Shown: piece by piece, positions 59,189 to 61,976 of the stretch
How positions within the stretch are numbered: position 1 is the first letter of the stretch
How the letters are laid out: the number at the start of each line of letters is the position of its first letter
Assembly: GCA_038883715.1 (NCBI GenBank)
Contig: JAVZLS010000008.1
Span: forward strand, 1 to 61,976
DNA length: 61,976 bases
Direction: 5' to 3'
Origin: Candidatus Bathyarchaeia archaeon
Lineage (GTDB): Archaea; Thermoproteota; Bathyarchaeia; Bathyarchaeales; Bathycorpusculaceae
Notes under the pieces: generated by a model
Databases searched by the model: none
What the model was told of the DNA's origin: nothing
The model's input: the letters and a program-made list of their open reading frames with translations, nothing else
Made by a program: the position numbers and the translations under genes

Positions 59189-60025
59189 TTGCAAACGCTC
59201 AAGAACGCTGCCCTTGCACTAGCATCAATTATAATTTTGTTCTCTTTGACAAACTGTTGCGGGCAGAGGTTGGCGGGCGGCACCTCTAATAAAGTGGTTT
59301 TGAATGTTGATGGCGATTTAGAGTTTGATGCGGTTCAAGATGCTTATTTTTGGCATCCACACAGTGCTGGCGGCAACGTAGCCCAAAAGATAGGTAGCGG
59401 ATGGAATATCACTTTTGGCGACTGCGCCACCATGGTTTTGGAAGCTTCTGATGGGAAGTATGGGCATGTTGCGGCTGGAACATGGTGGCTTGATTGGGCT
59501 GGGGCTAACTTTTCGAAAGTTCCGCTGAGCCAGACAATAATAATTTCCGTGGATATACGTGTCAGAGCCGCCAACTACACTGGTAGGGCTTGGCTTAGAA
59601 TAGCCATAGCCTCAGCCTTCCAAGACCCAAAAAGCATAGGCGGATATGGCGTTAAATATACAGAGCTTGACCTTTACGATAACCAGCAAGCCCTAAGTCA
59701 CCCGCAAGGAAACACCAAAAACGGAGGCAACATAATCTTCCAAAGCGGAGACGTTGTAGAATTCAAATACGATTTTATCCCGCTTGGAGAGTGGAAACAT
59801 TACGAGTTCAATCTGACAAAATGGCATGAAAAAGCATGGGGCGACATAGCCAAAACAGGACTTTTAGAATCCGTCTACATAGTCATAGAAGTGGACTGCA
59901 GAGAACCCACAGGCTATGCGGGAACAGCCTACGCAATTGTTGACGTGGACAACCTATGGGTCTACAAGCTAAAAGCCGCCACATGGCCTTTAGGTTCTGA
60001 TAGTAGTGCAGGGGGTGGGATTTGA
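59189..60025 (+). CDS. Secreted hypothetical protein (beta-sandwich-like)
   Basis: N-terminal signal/lipoprotein-like segment; YTELDLYD; LESVYIVIE; 3' end overlaps antisense tRNA-Leu. Confidence 0.7.
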   Translation: MQTLKNAALALASIIILFSLTNCCGQRLAGGTSNKVVLNVDGDLEFDAVQDAYFWHPHSAGGNVAQKIGSGWNITFGDCATMVLEASDGKYGHVAAGTWWLDWAGANFSKVPLSQTIIISVDIRVRAANYTGRAWLRIAIASAFQDPKSIGGYGVKYTELDLYDNQQALSHPQGNTKNGGNIIFQSGDVVEFKYDFIPLGEWKHYEFNLTKWHEKAWGDIAKTGLLESVYIVIEVDCREPTGYAGTAYAIVDVDNLWVYKLKAATWPLGSDSSAGGGI

Positions 60026-60091
60026 ACCCACGAACCCCTACGGGACAGGCTCCTGAAGCCTGCGCCTTTGACCAGGCTCGGCAACCCCTGC
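60007..60091 (-). tRNA. tRNA-Leu (CAG)
   Basis: Reverse complement GCAGGGGTTGCCGAGCCTGGTCAAAGGCGCAGGCTTCAGGAGCCTGTCCCGTAGGGGTTCGTGGGTTCAAATCCCACCCCCTGCA; long variable arm; anticodon CAG. Confidence 0.97.
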
Positions 60092-60170
60092 TCTTCTTTT
60101 GCCATTAAAGGCTTTTTCATGAAAAGGTTTAAGAGTTGCGTTTCAATTAATGTTTCGGGAGGTTATCGGA

Positions 60171-60332
60171 ATGCCGACTCACGGTTCGCTTTCGAAGGCT
60201 GGTAAGGTGCGTTCCCAGACGCCTAAGATTCAGCCTTTGGATAAGAAGAGGGCTGCGCCTAGGTTTAGGAATAGGCGGAATTATGAGAAGCGGGTTGTGC
60301 TTCAGCGGAAGCCCGGACAGAACTGGGTTTAA
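60171..60332 (+). CDS. rps30e: 30S ribosomal protein S30e
   Basis: [20 protein letters not shown]...RNRRNYEKR; GGAGG SD before ATG 60171. Confidence 0.96.
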   Translation: MPTHGSLSKAGKVRSQTPKIQPLDKKRAAPRFRNRRNYEKRVVLQRKPGQNWV

Positions 60333-60373
60333 TGGTTAAACCTTTTATTTGTTTTTGAGCTTTAGTTTAGGCT

Positions 60374-61942
60374 ATGTGTTGTGCGGATATTGCCGTTTTG
60401 AATGCTAATGTTGTTACTTTGGATGCTGTGAAGCCTAGGGCTGAGGCCTTAGCCATTCGGGATGGCAGGATTGTGGCTGTTGGTTCTAATGTGGAAGTTC
60501 GCAAGTACGTTGGTAGTGGGACAAAAGTTATAGACGCTGGGGGCAAGACTGTTGTTCCTGGTTTTGTTGACTGTCATGTGCATATGACTGGTTTTGGGCA
60601 GCATTTGCAGACTTTGGACTTGCGGAATGTTAGTTCCATAGAGGAGATGAAGCTGAGAATCCGTGAATATGCGGATAAATATCCGGAAAAGAGCTGGATT
60701 CTTGGTGGAAGATGGGACCATGAGCGTTTCAGCGAGAAGCGTCTTCCCACGCGTTGGGATTTGGATGAGGCTGTTAGGGACAAGCCCGTCTTTCTCATAA
60801 GGGTTTGTGGCCACATTGGTGTCGTGAACACTAAGGCTTTGGAGTTGGCTGGCATAAGAAAGGAGACGGTTGTTAATGGTGGTGCGGTGGACTTGGACGC
60901 TGTTAGTGGCGAACCAAATGGGGTTTTGAGGGAGAATGCCCTAAACCTTGTTTGGAGGGTTGTTCCAAAGCCGAGCATGGCGGAGCTTGAAGAGGCTTGT
61001 ATACAGGCTTGTCAAAGGACTGTTGAGAATGGCTTGACTGGAGTTCACTGGATTGTTGATTCAGCCGATGAGATACGCATTATTCAGAAGCTTTACAATG
61101 AGGGGAGGCTGCCGCTGCGGGTTTATTTGGGGATTCCAGTAAAGCTTCTTGACGAAGTTTTGGGGCTTGGCTTGGTTACTGGTTTTGGGAATGATATGGT
61201 TCGTCTCGGTTTTGTTAAGTTGTTTGCTGATGGTTCTCTTGGGGCGCGGACAGCCGCACTGAAGGAGCCTTATGCTGACAAACCGGAAACAAGTGGCATG
61301 CTCATTTATTCTCAGCGTAGGCTTAACCGGCTTGTTTTGAAGGCGCATAGGGCTGGTTGGCAGTTGGCTGTCCACGCCATAGGCGACAAAGCTATAGAAT
61401 CCGTTTTGGAGGCGTTTTCTAAGGCTTTGAAGAGGTTTCCTCGGAAGGACCATAGGCATAGGATTGAGCATTGCTCGGTGGTTAATCCGAGGCTTATTAG
61501 GCGGATGAAGAGGCTTGGTTTAATTGCTTCTGTTCAGCCCCATTTTGTTGTTTCTGATTTTTGGGTTGTGGATCGTGTTGGCGTTGAAAGAGCCCGATGG
61601 GTTTACCCATTCAAGACGCTTTTGAGGACGGGTGTTGTTGTGGCTTCTGGCTCTGACTGTCCAGTTGAGCCTATAAGTCCGCTTCTTGGGGTTTGGGCTG
61701 CCGTCGCCAGAAAAAGCTTTTGCGAGGAGAGCCTAACTGTGGAGGAAGCCCTTAAAACTTACACTTTGAATGCTGCTTATGCCTCTTTTGAAGAGGTGGA
61801 AAAGGGAACTATTAGTGTTGGGAAGTTTGCTGATTTAACTGTGCTTTCAGATGACCCGTTTAAGGTGGCGCCCGACGAGATTAAGAACATTAGGGTTGAA
61901 ATGACTATTGTTGGTGGTAAAATCGTTTATTCTCGTTGCTAG
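60374..61942 (+). CDS. Amidohydrolase 3 family (YtcJ-like) metal-dependent hydrolase
   Basis: PGFVDCHVH; KLFADGSLGARTA; VHAIGD; HRIEH; GSDCPV; GKFADLTVL. Confidence 0.93.
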   Translation: MCCADIAVLNANVVTLDAVKPRAEALAIRDGRIVAVGSNVEVRKYVGSGTKVIDAGGKTVVPGFVDCHVHMTGFGQHLQTLDLRNVSSIEEMKLRIREYADKYPEKSWILGGRWDHERFSEKRLPTRWDLDEAVRDKPVFLIRVCGHIGVVNTKALELAGIRKETVVNGGAVDLDAVSGEPNGVLRENALNLVWRVVPKPSMAELEEACIQACQRTVENGLTGVHWIVDSADEIRIIQKLYNEGRLPLRVYLGIPVKLLDEVLGLGLVTGFGNDMVRLGFVKLFADGSLGARTAALKEPYADKPETSGMLIYSQRRLNRLVLKAHRAGWQLAVHAIGDKAIESVLEAFSKALKRFPRKDHRHRIEHCSVVNPRLIRRMKRLGLIASVQPHFVVSDFWVVDRVGVERARWVYPFKTLLRTGVVVASGSDCPVEPISPLLGVWAAVARKSFCEESLTVEEALKTYTLNAAYASFEEVEKGTISVGKFADLTVLSDDPFKVAPDEIKNIRVEMTIVGGKIVYSRC

Positions 61943-61976
61943 CGGCTTAAGCGTTTAGTTTGGTTTATTTGCCTCT

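Noticed and set aside
53140-60025. Integrated element at the tRNA-Leu 3' end
   Set aside because: No integrase, no duplicated tRNA 3' fragment spotted by eye, and the cargo looks like host genes.

Overview
Gene-dense archaeal chromosome segment, most consistent with a TACK archaeon, probably Bathyarchaeia. This is inferred from ribosomal protein eS30, a single-OB SSB, the aIF-1A/RIO1/Dim2 cluster, archaeal CCA enzyme, split gcvPA/PB, DUF2099, and secreted clostripain and S8 proteases. It carries about 65 CDS and three intronless tRNAs (Gln-CTG, Pro-CGG, Leu-CAG). No rRNA, CRISPR array, integrase or transposase was recognised. Accessory-looking parts are a Type IIG-like R-M gene, a VapBC pair with a palindromic operator, and an AT-rich ABC-ATPase plus TOPRIM-like pair. 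The top candidate for a novel system is 48423-50615: a winged-HTH + ATP-cone + class III ribonucleotide reductase fold protein that lacks the catalytic cysteines and stops just before the glycyl-radical motif. It is plausibly a nucleotide-sensing pseudoenzyme transcription factor, and it lies near divergently transcribed pyrB/pyrI. Other oddities: an apparently permuted MscL, a stand-alone half-MFS, a membrane-tethered HhH protein, an unannotated 4-Cys micro-ORF, several structured intergenic segments, a frameshifted radical SAM gene, and gene-scale G/T-to-A/C compositional gradients. All family calls come from motif recognition by eye; no searches were run.
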